64,000 nucleotides of DNA from an uncultured Gammaproteobacteria bacterium. GTDB lineage: Bacteria > Patescibacteriota > Patescibacteriia > UBA9934. A program made the translations under genes and the position numbers. Positions 1-10,928 of the stretch are shown piece after piece. The notes beneath the pieces are model-generated. The model ran no database searches. It worked only from the letters and a program-made list of their open reading frames with translations, and was not told the origin of the DNA. The stretch covers positions 3,426 to 67,425 of the forward strand of contig CAZORP010000006.1 in the NCBI GenBank assembly GCA_964582615.1. The letters are read 5' to 3'. The number at the start of each line of letters is the position of its first letter. The stretch's first letter is position 1.

Positions 1-1222
1 GAACGAGAGCATCGTAACTTGTTTCTTTAGTTCCTTTCTTTCCAAGAAGATCTTCTTCCCGAAGTTGTTGCGTCGCAAAATACTGTTCTTGGATATTCGC
101 AACTTCTGTAAGTCGCGTTATACGTTGCTTTTCAACCATGAGCGCACGCAGAACCATGGGATCTTGCAAATCAAGCGTAACAAAGCGCTGAACAAGCTCT
201 CTATAGCGCTCGGTGCTCATGGTTGAGATATAGTGCTTATTCATCCAATCGAGCTTGTCTATATTCATCACCGCTCCCCCTTTATTTACCTTCGCGAGAT
301 TAAACGAGGCAATGAGCTCTTCTTGAGAAAAAATCTCACGATCGGAGGTTGGATTAAATCCAAGAGTTCCAAGGAAGTTAATCAACGCCTCGGGAACATA
401 CCCCTTCTCAAGGTATCCCGCCACAGAAACATCACCCTTACGCTTGGAGAGCTTCTTCTTATCAGCACCAAGAATAAGCGGCACGTGTGCATACACCGGA
501 ATCTGTATCCCTAACATTTCATGCAATACAATCTGCTTCGGCATGGACGACAACCATTCCTCCCCCCGAAGCACATGAGAAATCTTCATGAGGTAATCAT
601 CAACGACAACGGCAAAGTGGTACGTTGGAATTCCATTACTCTTAATAAGCACCTGATCATCGACATCCTTCAAATCAAAAGAAATCGTTCCTCGAATGGC
701 ATCGTCAAAGCTCACCCTTCCTTCGGGGACTTTCATGCGAATAACACATTCCTCCCCCGACGCTCTTCGCTGTGCAACCTCCTCAGCGGAAAGCGAGAGA
801 CACTTTCGATCGTACTTTGGATTTTGCTTAAGCGCCATCTGCTCTTCACGCATAGCCTCAAGTCGTTCGTGTGAACAGAAGCAGTAGTACGCATCTTGCT
901 TTTCAAGAAGCTTTGCAATGTAGTTCGTGTAGATCTCAAGGCGTTGTGTTTGAATATAAGGACCGCAATCTCCCTTCTGCCCAAGAGATCCATCACTCTC
1001 AAGAAAAGGACCTTCATCCCAAGACACTCCCATACGCTCCATAACCTCAAGAAGTCCCTCGATGGATCCTGGAACGTAGCGCTCTTGGTCGGTATCTTCA
1101 ATACGAATCAAAAATTCTCCCCCCGCCTGGCGAGCCATGAAATAGTTCCACAAAATAGTTCGCAGGGTTCCGATGTGCACGAAACCTGTTGGAGATGGAG
1201 CGATACGCGTTCGAATATGCAT
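1..1222 (-). CDS. gltX: glutamate--tRNA ligase (3' end runs off the window)
   Basis: Hand translation from ATG 1222: MHIRTRIAPSPTGFVHIGTLRT...RIEDTDQER, later HVPLILGADKKKLSKR (HIGH- and KMSKS-like motifs). Missing from the ORF track because it has no stop in the window. Confidence 0.95.
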   Translation of the reverse strand, partial: MHIRTRIAPSPTGFVHIGTLRTILWNYFMARQAGGEFLIRIEDTDQERYVPGSIEGLLEVMERMGVSWDEGPFLESDGSLGQKGDCGPYIQTQRLEIYTNYIAKLLEKQDAYYCFCSHERLEAMREEQMALKQNPKYDRKCLSLSAEEVAQRRASGEECVIRMKVPEGRVSFDDAIRGTISFDLKDVDDQVLIKSNGIPTYHFAVVVDDYLMKISHVLRGEEWLSSMPKQIVLHEMLGIQIPVYAHVPLILGADKKKLSKRKGDVSVAGYLEKGYVPEALINFLGTLGFNPTSDREIFSQEELIASFNLAKVNKGGAVMNIDKLDWMNKHYISTMSTERYRELVQRFVTLDLQDPMVLRALMVEKQRITRLTEVANIQEQYFATQQLREEDLLGKKGTKETSYDALV

Positions 1223-1249
1223 AAATCTTTTTCTGAAGGTTACTCAATG

Positions 1250-2197
1250 TTACGAAAAAAAACAACACCGAATCCTTGCGATTACCGCACTGCAAGCACG
1301 AATAAATCTCCTGCGCATAATCGCTTCTTTTGCAATGAGGAGTGGAAATACCACAACCGCCTTAGCGATGCGTTTTCCCCGCCACGGCTGAACGCTCACG
1401 CGGTAGAGCCATTCGAGTCCACGCCTTCTTAAGGCCCAAGGAGATCTCGCTACTCTTCCGCTGAGCATATCAAGCGCACCGCCAACACCAATAATCACCT
1501 TCGTCTTTGGAAGAAGTCGAGCAAACTCCTGCACGATATACTCCTGCTTTCCCTGACGAAGACCCTTTCCCTGACCAAGCGCCACAAAGAGTATGTCGGG
1601 AGCAAAAGCTTGAAGCTCCGTGAAGGTTACCAGTGGAACATGAGGATCTCGTTCGTCGATAAGTCCAGGATCTTTACACAACACAGGACACCCCGGGGCT
1701 TTACGTGCGGCAAGCTCTTGAAATGCCTTATGTTCCAATGGACGTGCGCCGCAGACCGCAATACGAGCATGGGTGGTATATGCAAGATCGAGTAGCATCT
1801 CCAGCGTATCGACTCCGGGATGTACATAATCCTCACACGCCGTGTCATAGAGTGCTGAGAGTGCATACGCAATTCCTGAACCATCAGGAATGCACCACGT
1901 TGCTTGAGACAATACCGATAAAAATGCTGGGTGTGCGTGTGCATCGACAAGCATTTCCGGGTTCACGGTATGTATCGTGACGCAAGATGCTTCAGGAATC
2001 TTTCCAAGAAGCGCATCGGACAGCGCTTTTTTATACTGCTCCCAAGAAAAAAGTGTGCAAAAAATGCCAAGTATTTCGCACTTTTGCACGGGGCGAGTGA
2101 AATTATGCGAGTCGTCGTTTGTGGGAAGATTTTTGCTGTCGCTGGATGTGGAGTTGATCATAGGAAGAAGCCGTATGTTGAGGGGCGGGAAATGCAA
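1250..2197 (-). CDS. WecB/TagA/CpsF family glycosyltransferase
   Basis: TVNPE, PDGSG, KQE, GVGGALD and GLEWLYR motifs; start may be near 2161. Confidence 0.9.
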   Translation of the reverse strand: MHFPPLNIRLLPMINSTSSDSKNLPTNDDSHNFTRPVQKCEILGIFCTLFSWEQYKKALSDALLGKIPEASCVTIHTVNPEMLVDAHAHPAFLSVLSQATWCIPDGSGIAYALSALYDTACEDYVHPGVDTLEMLLDLAYTTHARIAVCGARPLEHKAFQELAARKAPGCPVLCKDPGLIDERDPHVPLVTFTELQAFAPDILFVALGQGKGLRQGKQEYIVQEFARLLPKTKVIIGVGGALDMLSGRVARSPWALRRRGLEWLYRVSVQPWRGKRIAKAVVVFPLLIAKEAIMRRRFIRACSAVIARIRCCFFS

Positions 2198-2624
2198 GAA
2201 CCGTTAGCGCGACGCCAAGGACTCCTCCCAGCGTATCGAAAAGCAAATCGAGCATCGTATCACGGAGTCCCATTTGTGAAACGCCGTAGGAGCTTCCCAT
2301 GCGCCAAGCATCACAAATCGCTTCTAGCCATTCCCAGCCAACACCAATGCTAAGAATGATGCCAAGCATGGAAAAAACCGCGCCAAGACTCAATAGGAAG
2401 CCAAGAGGGGCATGCCACACGCTTTTGAGCATCTTGCTTGTAAGAAGATACGCAAGAACTCCGGACGCAACTCCCCCAAGCGTATGCATCATGACGTCAT
2501 ACCACCACAGCGTGGCATACCAATCGTGCATGACCGCGGGGGCATGCAGAAGAAACACGAGGAGAATCCAGCCTAGAGTCCAAAAAGCTTGTCGCATATC
2601 ATGGAAAATCATACTCCATTTCAC
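2103..2624 (-). CDS. membrane protein (DUF2238/VanZ-like)
   Basis: Hydrophobic helices with WYDxxMHxLGG, WExxE and DTMxDL motifs. Confidence 0.6.
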   Translation of the reverse strand: MKWSMIFHDMRQAFWTLGWILLVFLLHAPAVMHDWYATLWWYDVMMHTLGGVASGVLAYLLTSKMLKSVWHAPLGFLLSLGAVFSMLGIILSIGVGWEWLEAICDAWRMGSSYGVSQMGLRDTMLDLLFDTLGGVLGVALTVLAFPAPQHTASSYDQLHIQRQQKSSHKRRLA

Positions 2625-2652
2625 GAACTGTGTACAACGTCACCATGAACCT

Positions 2653-2692
2653 TTGACAAACATAATTAGCACTCTATAATAACGAGTGCTAA
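2653..2692 (+). promoter_or_regulatory. sigma70 promoter overlapped by a CIRCE (HrcA operator) upstream of clpB
   Basis: TTGACA 2653-2658, TATAAT 2675-2680; TTAGCACTC-N9-GAGTGCTAA at 2666-2692 is the exact consensus. Confidence 0.95.
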
Positions 2693-2724
2693 CCTCTTTT
2701 TCCTTCACTTTGCGCGTCTTTTCT

Positions 2725-5370
2725 ATGATTCCGAACAACTTTACCTCGAAGTCCCAAGAAGCCATCCAGCGTGCACAGGTTCTTGCAAACGACAATGGAC
2801 AACACGGCATCGAGCCAATTCACCTTCTCTCTTCGCTTATTACTCCAGACGAAGGTTTCGTGGTAACGATTCTTAAAAAAATGGAGATTCCTCTTTCTGC
2901 ACTCAGGGGAGATATTGCGCGCGTTCTAGAAACGCTCCCCCGTCACGCCTCCATTGAACGCGGTGGCATTGGGCAGGTCATGCTCGCACCCCCCATGGCA
3001 ATCGTTCTTAAAAGCGCCGGCGATAAAGCCGCTTCGTTTGGCGACGAGTACATTAGCACCGAGCATCTTTTTCTTGGACTTCTTGATGACAAGCTCACAG
3101 GAAGCATGCTTAAAGATTACGACATCACCGAAGAAGCTGTCCTTACAACCCTCAAATCTCTACGAGGTGCACAAAAGGTTGACTCCCCCGAACCTGAAGC
3201 GAAATTTCAGGCTATTGAAAAGTACTGCACCAACCTCACCGAACGCGCTCGACATGGAAAACTCGATCCAACCATTGGACGCGATGAGGAAATTCGGCGC
3301 GTTATGCAAGTACTCTCTCGACGCACAAAGAACAACCCTGTCCTTATCGGTGAAGCTGGCGTTGGTAAAACCTCTATTGTCGAAGGTCTCGCACAACGCA
3401 TTATCGCAGGAGATGTTCCAGAGACTCTCAAGGATCGGGAAGTTGTCTCTTTGGATTTGGGATCACTCATTGCAGGCACGAAATTTCGTGGAGAGTTTGA
3501 AGAACGCCTTAAAGCCATCATGAAGGAAGTTCGCGAAGCTGAGGGCATCTATATTCTCTTTATCGACGAACTTCACATGCTCGTTGGTGCAGGAAAGGGT
3601 GACGACTCCCCCATGGATGCAAGTAACCTTCTCAAGCCCGCACTTGCGCGAGGAGAACTTCGCGTCATTGGCGCTACCACGACGAAGGAGTATCAAAAGC
3701 ATATTGAAAAAGATCAGGCACTTGAACGAAGATTCCAACCCATTAGCGTTGCAGAGCCTTCTCAAGCTGACGCTATTGCCATGCTTCGGGGAACCAAAGA
3801 ACGTTATGAAATTCACCACGGTGTACGCATATCCGACAATGCACTTATTGCCGCGGTAGAACTTTCCTCGCGCTACATTACCGATCGACAACTTCCCGAC
3901 AAAGCCGTTGACCTTATCGATGAAGCGGCGGCGGCACTACGTCTGCAAATTGATTCCATGCCTGAAGAGCTCGATCGTCTTAAACGCGAAGCGACACGTC
4001 TTGATATTGAAAAACGAGCTCTGCAAAAAGAAGAAGACCAGGAGGCGCGAGATCGTCTGCAGGAAATTGAAAAGCACCTTGCCGATCTTCTTGAAAAAAT
4101 GCGCGATCTTGAAGCGCGATGGCAGAGCGAGAAGAGTATCATTGGGGAACTACGCGAACACAAAGGCACCATCGATCGCCTTACCAACGAAGCTGAGTAT
4201 GAGGAGCGTCGTGGCAACCTAGAACGCGTCGCGGAAATTCGCTACGCACAAATTCCCGAAGAACGAAAAAAACTCCAAAGCCTTGAAGAGTCTCTAAGAA
4301 AATTCCAAGCAGAACGAGGACTTCTTAAAGAAGTCATTACCGAAGAGGATATCGCCGCGGTTGTTGCGAGGTGGACGCACGTTCCCGTTGCCAAAATGCT
4401 CGAAAGCGAAATGCTCAAACTTGTTCGCATGGAAGACGAGCTTAAGCGACGAGTCATCGGACAAGAAGAAGCTATTCGCGCAGTTTCCAACGCGCTCCGA
4501 CGATCTCGAGCGGGAATTTCAGAGGAAAAACGCCCCATCGGATCATTTATTTTCCTAGGACCAACCGGCGTTGGTAAGACTGAACTCGCAAAAGCACTCG
4601 CTGAATTCATGTTTAACGACGAAAAAGCTCTCATCCGACTCGACATGAGTGAGTACATGGAAAAACACAGCGTGTCACGCATGGTGGGATCTCCCCCGGG
4701 CTACATCGGACATGATGAGGGTGGGCAACTGACCGAAATCGTACGACGTCGACCTTATGCCGTACTACTCTTTGATGAAGTCGAAAAAGCGCATCCCGAT
4801 GTCTTTCATACCCTTCTGCAAATTCTTGACGATGGACGACTTACCGACGCCAAGGGTCGTGTGGTGAACTTCAAAAACACCATCATTATCATGACGTCCA
4901 ATATTGGAAGCGACACCATTCTCTCGGGAGGAAAACGGGATCACATCGGCTTTACCGATGACGATCGCCATCAGCAAAATGTTGACGAAAGTGTAAAATC
5001 TCTCTTGAAAGAACATTTTCGACCTGAGTTCCTCAATCGCATTGATGAAACCATCGTTTTCCACGCACTCACCAAGGAACACCTTGAACACATCGTCAGC
5101 TTACAACTTCATCTTGTTGAACAGCGCCTTAAAGAACATCGCGATATCACCTTAAAATTTACCCAAAAAGCAAAAGACTTTCTCGCCAGAAAGGGATACG
5201 ATAGCGCCTACGGAGCACGCCCCCTCAAGCGCGTCATCCAAGATCATATTCTCAACCCACTCGCCCTCAGCATTGTACGCGGTGACGTTCCAGAAAAATC
5301 TACCGTAACTATTGATGAAAAGAAGGACGCGCTTACACTAAAAATTACCACCTATGGAGGGTCGAATTAA
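2725..5370 (+). CDS. clpB: ATP-dependent chaperone ClpB
   Basis: Two AAA+ modules ([16 protein letters not shown]), coiled-coil middle domain, GARPLKR; ATG at 2725. Confidence 0.97.
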   Translation: MIPNNFTSKSQEAIQRAQVLANDNGQHGIEPIHLLSSLITPDEGFVVTILKKMEIPLSALRGDIARVLETLPRHASIERGGIGQVMLAPPMAIVLKSAGDKAASFGDEYISTEHLFLGLLDDKLTGSMLKDYDITEEAVLTTLKSLRGAQKVDSPEPEAKFQAIEKYCTNLTERARHGKLDPTIGRDEEIRRVMQVLSRRTKNNPVLIGEAGVGKTSIVEGLAQRIIAGDVPETLKDREVVSLDLGSLIAGTKFRGEFEERLKAIMKEVREAEGIYILFIDELHMLVGAGKGDDSPMDASNLLKPALARGELRVIGATTTKEYQKHIEKDQALERRFQPISVAEPSQADAIAMLRGTKERYEIHHGVRISDNALIAAVELSSRYITDRQLPDKAVDLIDEAAAALRLQIDSMPEELDRLKREATRLDIEKRALQKEEDQEARDRLQEIEKHLADLLEKMRDLEARWQSEKSIIGELREHKGTIDRLTNEAEYEERRGNLERVAEIRYAQIPEERKKLQSLEESLRKFQAERGLLKEVITEEDIAAVVARWTHVPVAKMLESEMLKLVRMEDELKRRVIGQEEAIRAVSNALRRSRAGISEEKRPIGSFIFLGPTGVGKTELAKALAEFMFNDEKALIRLDMSEYMEKHSVSRMVGSPPGYIGHDEGGQLTEIVRRRPYAVLLFDEVEKAHPDVFHTLLQILDDGRLTDAKGRVVNFKNTIIIMTSNIGSDTILSGGKRDHIGFTDDDRHQQNVDESVKSLLKEHFRPEFLNRIDETIVFHALTKEHLEHIVSLQLHLVEQRLKEHRDITLKFTQKAKDFLARKGYDSAYGARPLKRVIQDHILNPLALSIVRGDVPEKSTVTIDEKKDALTLKITTYGGSN

Positions 5371-5872
5371 GAATTTCGAACATACGCTACGCGAATATAG
5401 CCAGGTTGGGCTTGGTGAAAGCCCGCAAAGACTTCAAGCGGTAGATACCTTTATTGGCGAAATTTGCCATACCCTTGGTATATCTAGAGAACACCTGCCA
5501 ACCTACACAAAACAAGATCTTCAAAGAATTCTTACCGAGCGGGGCATCTCTTGCACACCGGAAGATCTTCGCACGATAAGCAAGTCGCTCTTTTTGTCAT
5601 CAGGGCAACAGTTCACCCTTGCACACGAACTCTTTCCTTGGGAAGACATGAGCAATCGCGTACTCAATGCACTGAACTTTGCAGGTATCACCGATCTTTC
5701 TGAACTTCGCGATATAACCCTCGAGGGACTTCAAGAACTTACAAGACCTGTATTTATTGCAGGAAGAAACCTTGAAAATCTCAGAGAACTGCTTGACGAC
5801 GCAGGTATACCACATGCGCTTGTACAACACGTGCCCGAAAGCTTGATATCCGCAAGAAAGAAAGGTCATTAA
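5354..5872 (+). CDS. hypothetical protein with a C-terminal RNAP alphaCTD-like helix-hairpin-helix segment
   Basis: MSNRVLNALNFAGITDLSEL resembles the alphaCTD LSxRxxNxLxxxGIxxxxDL pattern; overlaps the clpB stop. Confidence 0.5.
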   Translation: MEGRIKNFEHTLREYSQVGLGESPQRLQAVDTFIGEICHTLGISREHLPTYTKQDLQRILTERGISCTPEDLRTISKSLFLSSGQQFTLAHELFPWEDMSNRVLNALNFAGITDLSELRDITLEGLQELTRPVFIAGRNLENLRELLDDAGIPHALVQHVPESLISARKKGH

Positions 5873-5888
5873 TCTCCAGGCTGTTAAC

Positions 5889-5918
5889 AAAAAACCACCA
5901 AGATTCTTGGTGGTTTTT
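5889..5918. terminator. bidirectional intrinsic terminator
   Basis: AAAAAACCACCAAG-att-CTTGGTGGTTTTT between convergent genes. Confidence 0.8.
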
Positions 5919-5940
5919 CTTCATCGGCATGTAAAGCTTC

Positions 5941-6525
5941 CTACGCAATAGTTGGGAGGATTTCCGCCTCGTAACGCTCCTGACACTCCTTGATAACTTT
6001 TACCGCCTCATCCGCTTCAAAGAAACCAAGCACCTTGCACGTTCCCGGCTTCTTTACGTGCTTGTAGAATTCAAAATAGTGCGCAACTTCCTTTTCCCAG
6101 TGAGGTCCAAAATCTTTGTACGAAACAATGTGATCAACGCGCTTGTCATCTGCGAGCACACAAATCACCTTGTCATCAATCTCTCCCCCGTCTTCAAATT
6201 TAATAATTCCCACAACACGAACCTCTGCAAGAGATCCAGGAACAAGGGGCTCGGTAACATCCGCAATAATGAAGTCGAGCATGTCGTTATCGTGATCCCA
6301 TGTCTTTGGAAGAAGACCGTAAGCAACAGGATATGCAAGAGACGAGTATCCCACGCGATCGAGCTTAAGGTGACCGGTCTGCGTAATGAATTCGTATTTG
6401 TTAATGCTGTGTGCGTTAATTTCTACGAGTCCATTGAGAACGCGCTTCTCTTCGTTTGCCCATGTTGGTAGTGCATGGAGCAAGTTTGGCATGAATTTTT
6501 GAATAGGGGTGGAAAGATTTGCCAT
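5941..6525 (-). CDS. ppa: inorganic pyrophosphatase
   Basis: NKYE, LDRV, YPxxYG, DxDxLD and DxGExDDK motifs. Confidence 0.93.
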   Translation of the reverse strand: MANLSTPIQKFMPNLLHALPTWANEEKRVLNGLVEINAHSINKYEFITQTGHLKLDRVGYSSLAYPVAYGLLPKTWDHDNDMLDFIIADVTEPLVPGSLAEVRVVGIIKFEDGGEIDDKVICVLADDKRVDHIVSYKDFGPHWEKEVAHYFEFYKHVKKPGTCKVLGFFEADEAVKVIKECQERYEAEILPTIA

Positions 6526-6621
6526 AGGACAATGTCATGTTTTTGTGGCAAAAGTATACGGAATTCCAAGCGGTCAGGCAAGCTTTCCACAAAAACTCTC
6601 GACTTGCTATACTTTCAAGGT

Positions 6622-8007
6622 ATGCAACGACAACACCTCTTTCCATGGTTTGCCATCTCGCTTGGCGTCTTCGCGTTAACCTCGCGCGTCAGCCTTGCGG
6701 CCTTTGATCCTGAGTACATCCTCTCAGACAGCGAATTAACCGATGTCTACAGCATGGATCAAAATCACATTCGAAGTTTCCTTGAAGCTCACGGAGCTCT
6801 TGGAAATCTTCGCCTTCCTGACTATAGCGGAAAAATACATTGGGCATCCGATATTATTTGGTATGCCGCACAAAACCACGGCATTAGTCCGAAGGTTCTT
6901 CTTGTAATGCTACAAAAAGAACAAAGTCTTGTTGATGATGAAGATCCCACGCAAAAACAACTTGACTGGGCTATGGGCTATGGAGTTTGTGATGCTTGCA
7001 GTATGAATGACCCTGCAGTACAGCGTTGGCAAGGTTTTGGCAAACAAGTTAATTCCGCGGCGCTTCAATTCAGTGAAGGCTACCTTGCAGACATCGCGGC
7101 GTACGGCGTCACTGCGGGAAAATATGGTCCAGGAATTCCTGTGGTTATCAACGGAACAACTATCACCCCACAAAATGCCGCAACCGCCGCACTCTACGCC
7201 TACACTCCACATTTTCATGGAAACGAGAACTTCTCGCGTCTTTGGGAGGCTTGGTTTGGAAAAACCTACCCTTCAGGAAGTCTCGTGCAGATTTCAGGAG
7301 AATCCGTTGTATGGCTCCTGAAGAACGGCTATCGCTACAGCATTCCTTCTGCAAGTGTCCTTCTTTCGCGTTTTCCAAATCAAGCAGTGCTACCCATTAG
7401 TTCAAGCAGTCTTACAAGCTACCCCGAAGGAGGATCAATCACACTTCCCAACTACTCGCTCATAGAAGCAGAGGATGGTGAGCGCTACCTTCTTGTTGAC
7501 GATACACTTCGCCCCATCGCTGACGAGGAAACATTTCGCGCTATAGGATTTTCAGAAGATGAACTCGTCTATCTCAAAGATGATGAGATCGCAACCTACA
7601 CCAAGGGAAGTACCATCACTACGTCAACCATTGCTCCGCAGGGAAAACTCTACGAGCTCACAACCAATAAAGCACGCTTCTTTGTACAAGACGGTGTTCG
7701 ACATCCTATTTTTGACGAAACGCTCTACCACATTCGCTTTGGTTCACAACAACCAACGCCTGTTGAGCCCATGGTTCTTGAACAACTCAAAGAAGGATCC
7801 CCCATTCGTCTTCCCGACGGTATTCTTGTAAAATCTCCATCCTCCCCCACAGTGTACGTTATCTCTGACGGCATGCGTCGCCCCATTCCTTCCGAAGAAG
7901 TCTTTCTCTCATTTGGCTATGCATGGAACTCCATCGTCACACTTCCTGAGGATATTCTTGGCCTCAACAAGGAAGGAGAGCCTCTTGCCATTGATGAGGA
8001 AACCTAA
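6622..8007 (+). CDS. exported protein with a cell-wall-hydrolase-like N-terminal domain and repeated beta domains
   Basis: Signal peptide; ISPKVLLVMLQKEQSL...AMGYG...NAATAALYAYTPH; C-terminal repeats of the GxLVKxxxxPTVYxIxDGxRRPI type. Confidence 0.6.
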   Translation: MQRQHLFPWFAISLGVFALTSRVSLAAFDPEYILSDSELTDVYSMDQNHIRSFLEAHGALGNLRLPDYSGKIHWASDIIWYAAQNHGISPKVLLVMLQKEQSLVDDEDPTQKQLDWAMGYGVCDACSMNDPAVQRWQGFGKQVNSAALQFSEGYLADIAAYGVTAGKYGPGIPVVINGTTITPQNAATAALYAYTPHFHGNENFSRLWEAWFGKTYPSGSLVQISGESVVWLLKNGYRYSIPSASVLLSRFPNQAVLPISSSSLTSYPEGGSITLPNYSLIEAEDGERYLLVDDTLRPIADEETFRAIGFSEDELVYLKDDEIATYTKGSTITTSTIAPQGKLYELTTNKARFFVQDGVRHPIFDETLYHIRFGSQQPTPVEPMVLEQLKEGSPIRLPDGILVKSPSSPTVYVISDGMRRPIPSEEVFLSFGYAWNSIVTLPEDILGLNKEGEPLAIDEET

Positions 8008-8010
8008 CCT

Positions 8011-8742
8011 ATGCTCGTCGCCGCGGCATTCGTTCCCGCCTCACCGCTTCTTCTTTCCTCGGTGCATAAGCATGCAGAGCAAGAAGCGGGAGCAACCCTC
8101 AGATCACTTCGCTATCTTGCAGATCTCTGGTATGCACAAGGTATCACCACGCTCTGCATTGTTAGCGGATCTCGTTTTGCATACGACGACGCAATCGCCA
8201 TTGATGTCAACGACCCCTATCACATTGACCTTGAAGAAGTTGGTGATTTAAGCAAGGGGGAAACTTTTCACCCTAACATGAAGCTTATTGACGCTCTCCA
8301 GCGGCAAGCACGAAAACAGCATCTCCCAATAACTCTCACAAGCGACCCTCTCCTACCTCTTGGAAGTGCCGCGGCACTCAAGCTCTTCACAAAACACCGA
8401 CCCTCCATGCGCATTGTTCCTATCATTCCCGCGCGACAAGGCTCGGTAAAAATGCACTACCAAATGGGAGGGCTTCTCAAGTCGCTCATCGAAGAAGTTC
8501 ACGAGCGCGTAGGACTTATTGCAACCGAAGATCTCCCCCTTCACGAGGTACGCGACATTGAAACCATTCTCCAAGAAAAAAGCATCGCTTCTTTCTTCTC
8601 GTTTAGCGAGGATTCAAACAAGAAACCCCACCTGCCGCTAGCGGTGCTTCTTGGAGCGCAAGAACACTCAAGAAATCGGACGGAAATTCTCAGCCTTGAA
8701 TCTCCCTTTGACGTAGGCTATCTTGTTGCTCACGTCACATGA
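8011..8742 (+). CDS. LigB/MEMO-fold protein (degenerate)
   Basis: AAFVPASPLLL N-terminus and ESPFDVGYLV C-terminus; catalytic His residues not evident. Confidence 0.6.
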   Translation: MLVAAAFVPASPLLLSSVHKHAEQEAGATLRSLRYLADLWYAQGITTLCIVSGSRFAYDDAIAIDVNDPYHIDLEEVGDLSKGETFHPNMKLIDALQRQARKQHLPITLTSDPLLPLGSAAALKLFTKHRPSMRIVPIIPARQGSVKMHYQMGGLLKSLIEEVHERVGLIATEDLPLHEVRDIETILQEKSIASFFSFSEDSNKKPHLPLAVLLGAQEHSRNRTEILSLESPFDVGYLVAHVT

Positions 8743-10481
8743 TCGCAGAAATTATCCCCCTCACGCGCCTTCCCGCGCACCTTACGTGTCTTGACTATCT
8801 CATTCCCGAGGGATGCGAGCTTGTTCGTGGCGACCTTGTACGCATTCCTCTGCGCGGATCTTCCGCCTACGGCATTGTTTCTGGAGTAAAGTCCCACAGC
8901 GACATTCCCACGCCTGAACTTCACCGTCTCAAAACCCTCATCGGTAAAGAAGCGTCTTCTTTTCTTAAAGACGCTCATCAGGATCGCCTTCAAGCCATCG
9001 CTCGAGTTCTTGGAGAATCTCCGGCCATGCTTTACACATCAGCACTTCAGCACAGCGTTCCCACGCCGCGCGTGCAAAGAAAAAGCTCCATACATCGAAC
9101 CACTCGCACGCCTCGACCGTCTTCGCTCAAAGGAGAAACTCTCAAGGAAGCGCGCTTGCGCTACGATGAAATCTTCGAAAAAAATCTTCGTCACTATGCA
9201 ACAAGTGTCGATCCCGAAGCCGCATATGCACTCGTCATGATGCTCGCTAAACGAGCACAGCATGAACAGTCTCAATTACTTGTACTACTTCCCTCAGATC
9301 ACCGAGCAACGCTTGCTTCAGAACTTTTTCAAAATATCCCTCACGGAGTTCTTACCGGAAAGACCCCACCAAGAACGCGAGAAGAGCTTTTTTCCGCGTG
9401 GCACAGCGGAGAACTCCCCCTTCTTCTTACCACGCGACAAGGAGCCCTATGGGAAGGCAAATGTCTCTTTGGCGTCGTAGTACTTGATAGCGGCAATGAT
9501 GGGTACACCGCAACACTGCGGCGTCCTCTTTATGACCCTAGGGAAGCCGGGTATCTTCTTGCACGAGATCACGAAGCTTTTTATATTAGCCTCGACACAC
9601 TTCCTCGCGTTGAAGACGTTGCGCGCATACCCCACGACCTTCAACAAGACGCAAGGATTTTTCCTGATATTCCAAAAACCGAAGTTATTTCTTTGAGAAA
9701 TCTTGAGGAAAAGACTCCTTATCTTTTTCTCACCGCCACACTCTTGCAAGCCATTGAGGAAGCTTCACAACAAGGCAAACGTGTGCTACTCTTCCTTAAT
9801 CGCAAAGGAGCCGCAAAACGCCTCTTTTGCAAAGGATGTTCTCATACACCGCGATGCGGAACATGTGGGGAAGTTCCCAGCGTACGAAAAGACGACCTCG
9901 TCTGTCCACGCTGTCATACCGAAATGTGGATTCCAACCTCGTGTCCCGAGTGCGGATCCGCAAAGCTCGTTCTTCAGGGCGTTGGATCAACAAAAGTACT
10001 CCACGAGCTTGAACGGGCCTTTCCTCAACTCTCGCGAAGCGAAGTACAGAAAGATGAGCCTCTTCCTGAGAAACTCGGCGACATCATTCTTGTAACGGAG
10101 TTTTTCTTTAGCACCTATCTTGAACCTTTTGTCGCTTATAATCTTGGTGTCGTCGCCGATCTCTTTGGAGACCTTGGGCTTCATCATGATGATATTCGGG
10201 TTACCGAAAAAACCGCGCGTCACCTTGCAAGACTCTCTTACCTTGCACACCGAGAAAACGCTCGTTGCATTATTCAAACCTTTCTTCCCGAACGACTTCC
10301 TCCACTTCAAAATCCAAGATTTTTCTTCGCGGAAGAACTTGCCTTGCGAGAACGCTATCGACTGCCACCCTTTGGCACCATGTATACCACCCGTCACGGC
10401 ATTTACCGTAATCCCACACCGCTACCCACTGAACCCTTTTCTTACGATGGAACCTATGACACACCTTATCGTTCTTCATGA
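8739..10481 (+). CDS. priA: primosomal protein N' (degenerate helicase motifs)
   Basis: LDYLIP..GDLVRIP N-terminus, LNRKG, four CxxC motifs, YRLPPF; lies upstream of def-fmt. Confidence 0.85.
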   Translation: MIAEIIPLTRLPAHLTCLDYLIPEGCELVRGDLVRIPLRGSSAYGIVSGVKSHSDIPTPELHRLKTLIGKEASSFLKDAHQDRLQAIARVLGESPAMLYTSALQHSVPTPRVQRKSSIHRTTRTPRPSSLKGETLKEARLRYDEIFEKNLRHYATSVDPEAAYALVMMLAKRAQHEQSQLLVLLPSDHRATLASELFQNIPHGVLTGKTPPRTREELFSAWHSGELPLLLTTRQGALWEGKCLFGVVVLDSGNDGYTATLRRPLYDPREAGYLLARDHEAFYISLDTLPRVEDVARIPHDLQQDARIFPDIPKTEVISLRNLEEKTPYLFLTATLLQAIEEASQQGKRVLLFLNRKGAAKRLFCKGCSHTPRCGTCGEVPSVRKDDLVCPRCHTEMWIPTSCPECGSAKLVLQGVGSTKVLHELERAFPQLSRSEVQKDEPLPEKLGDIILVTEFFFSTYLEPFVAYNLGVVADLFGDLGLHHDDIRVTEKTARHLARLSYLAHRENARCIIQTFLPERLPPLQNPRFFFAEELALRERYRLPPFGTMYTTRHGIYRNPTPLPTEPFSYDGTYDTPYRSS

Positions 10482-10926
10482 ACCAGACGATCGTTTGAGA
10501 ATCGTTTCTGCGCCAATTGATCCTTCGGAGATTACGCAGGAAGCTACTCGAACTTTTATTCGCAACCTTAAACAAACCATGCGCCTGGAAGATGGCGTCG
10601 GCATCGCCGCACCTCAGGTAAACGTTCACAAGCGAATTATCATCGTTGATCTTCCCGAACGAGGACCTTCGGCGTTTTTTAATCCAGAGATCATCGAACG
10701 TTCATTTAAGACCGTAGAAAGCGTCGAAGGCTGTCTTTCCGTTCCTGAGTGCTCAGGAATCGTAAACAGACATCGAAGCGTTACGGTACGAGCTTATAAC
10801 GAGCAAGCAGAGGAGGAAACACTCAAGCTCCAAGGCTTTCCCGCTATTGTCTTTCAGCACGAAATCGATCACCTTGACGGCGTTCTGTTTATTGATCGAG
10901 CAACTAACATTCGCAAAGCACGTTAA
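10456..10926 (+). CDS. def: peptide deformylase
   Basis: GVGIAAPQ, EGCLS and QHEIDHLDG motifs. Confidence 0.96.
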   Translation: MTHLIVLHEPDDRLRIVSAPIDPSEITQEATRTFIRNLKQTMRLEDGVGIAAPQVNVHKRIIIVDLPERGPSAFFNPEIIERSFKTVESVEGCLSVPECSGIVNRHRSVTVRAYNEQAEEETLKLQGFPAIVFQHEIDHLDGVLFIDRATNIRKAR

Positions 10927-10928
10927 CT

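Noticed and set aside
233-1432. Several + strand ORFs
   Set aside because: Antisense shadows of gltX and the WecB/TagA gene.
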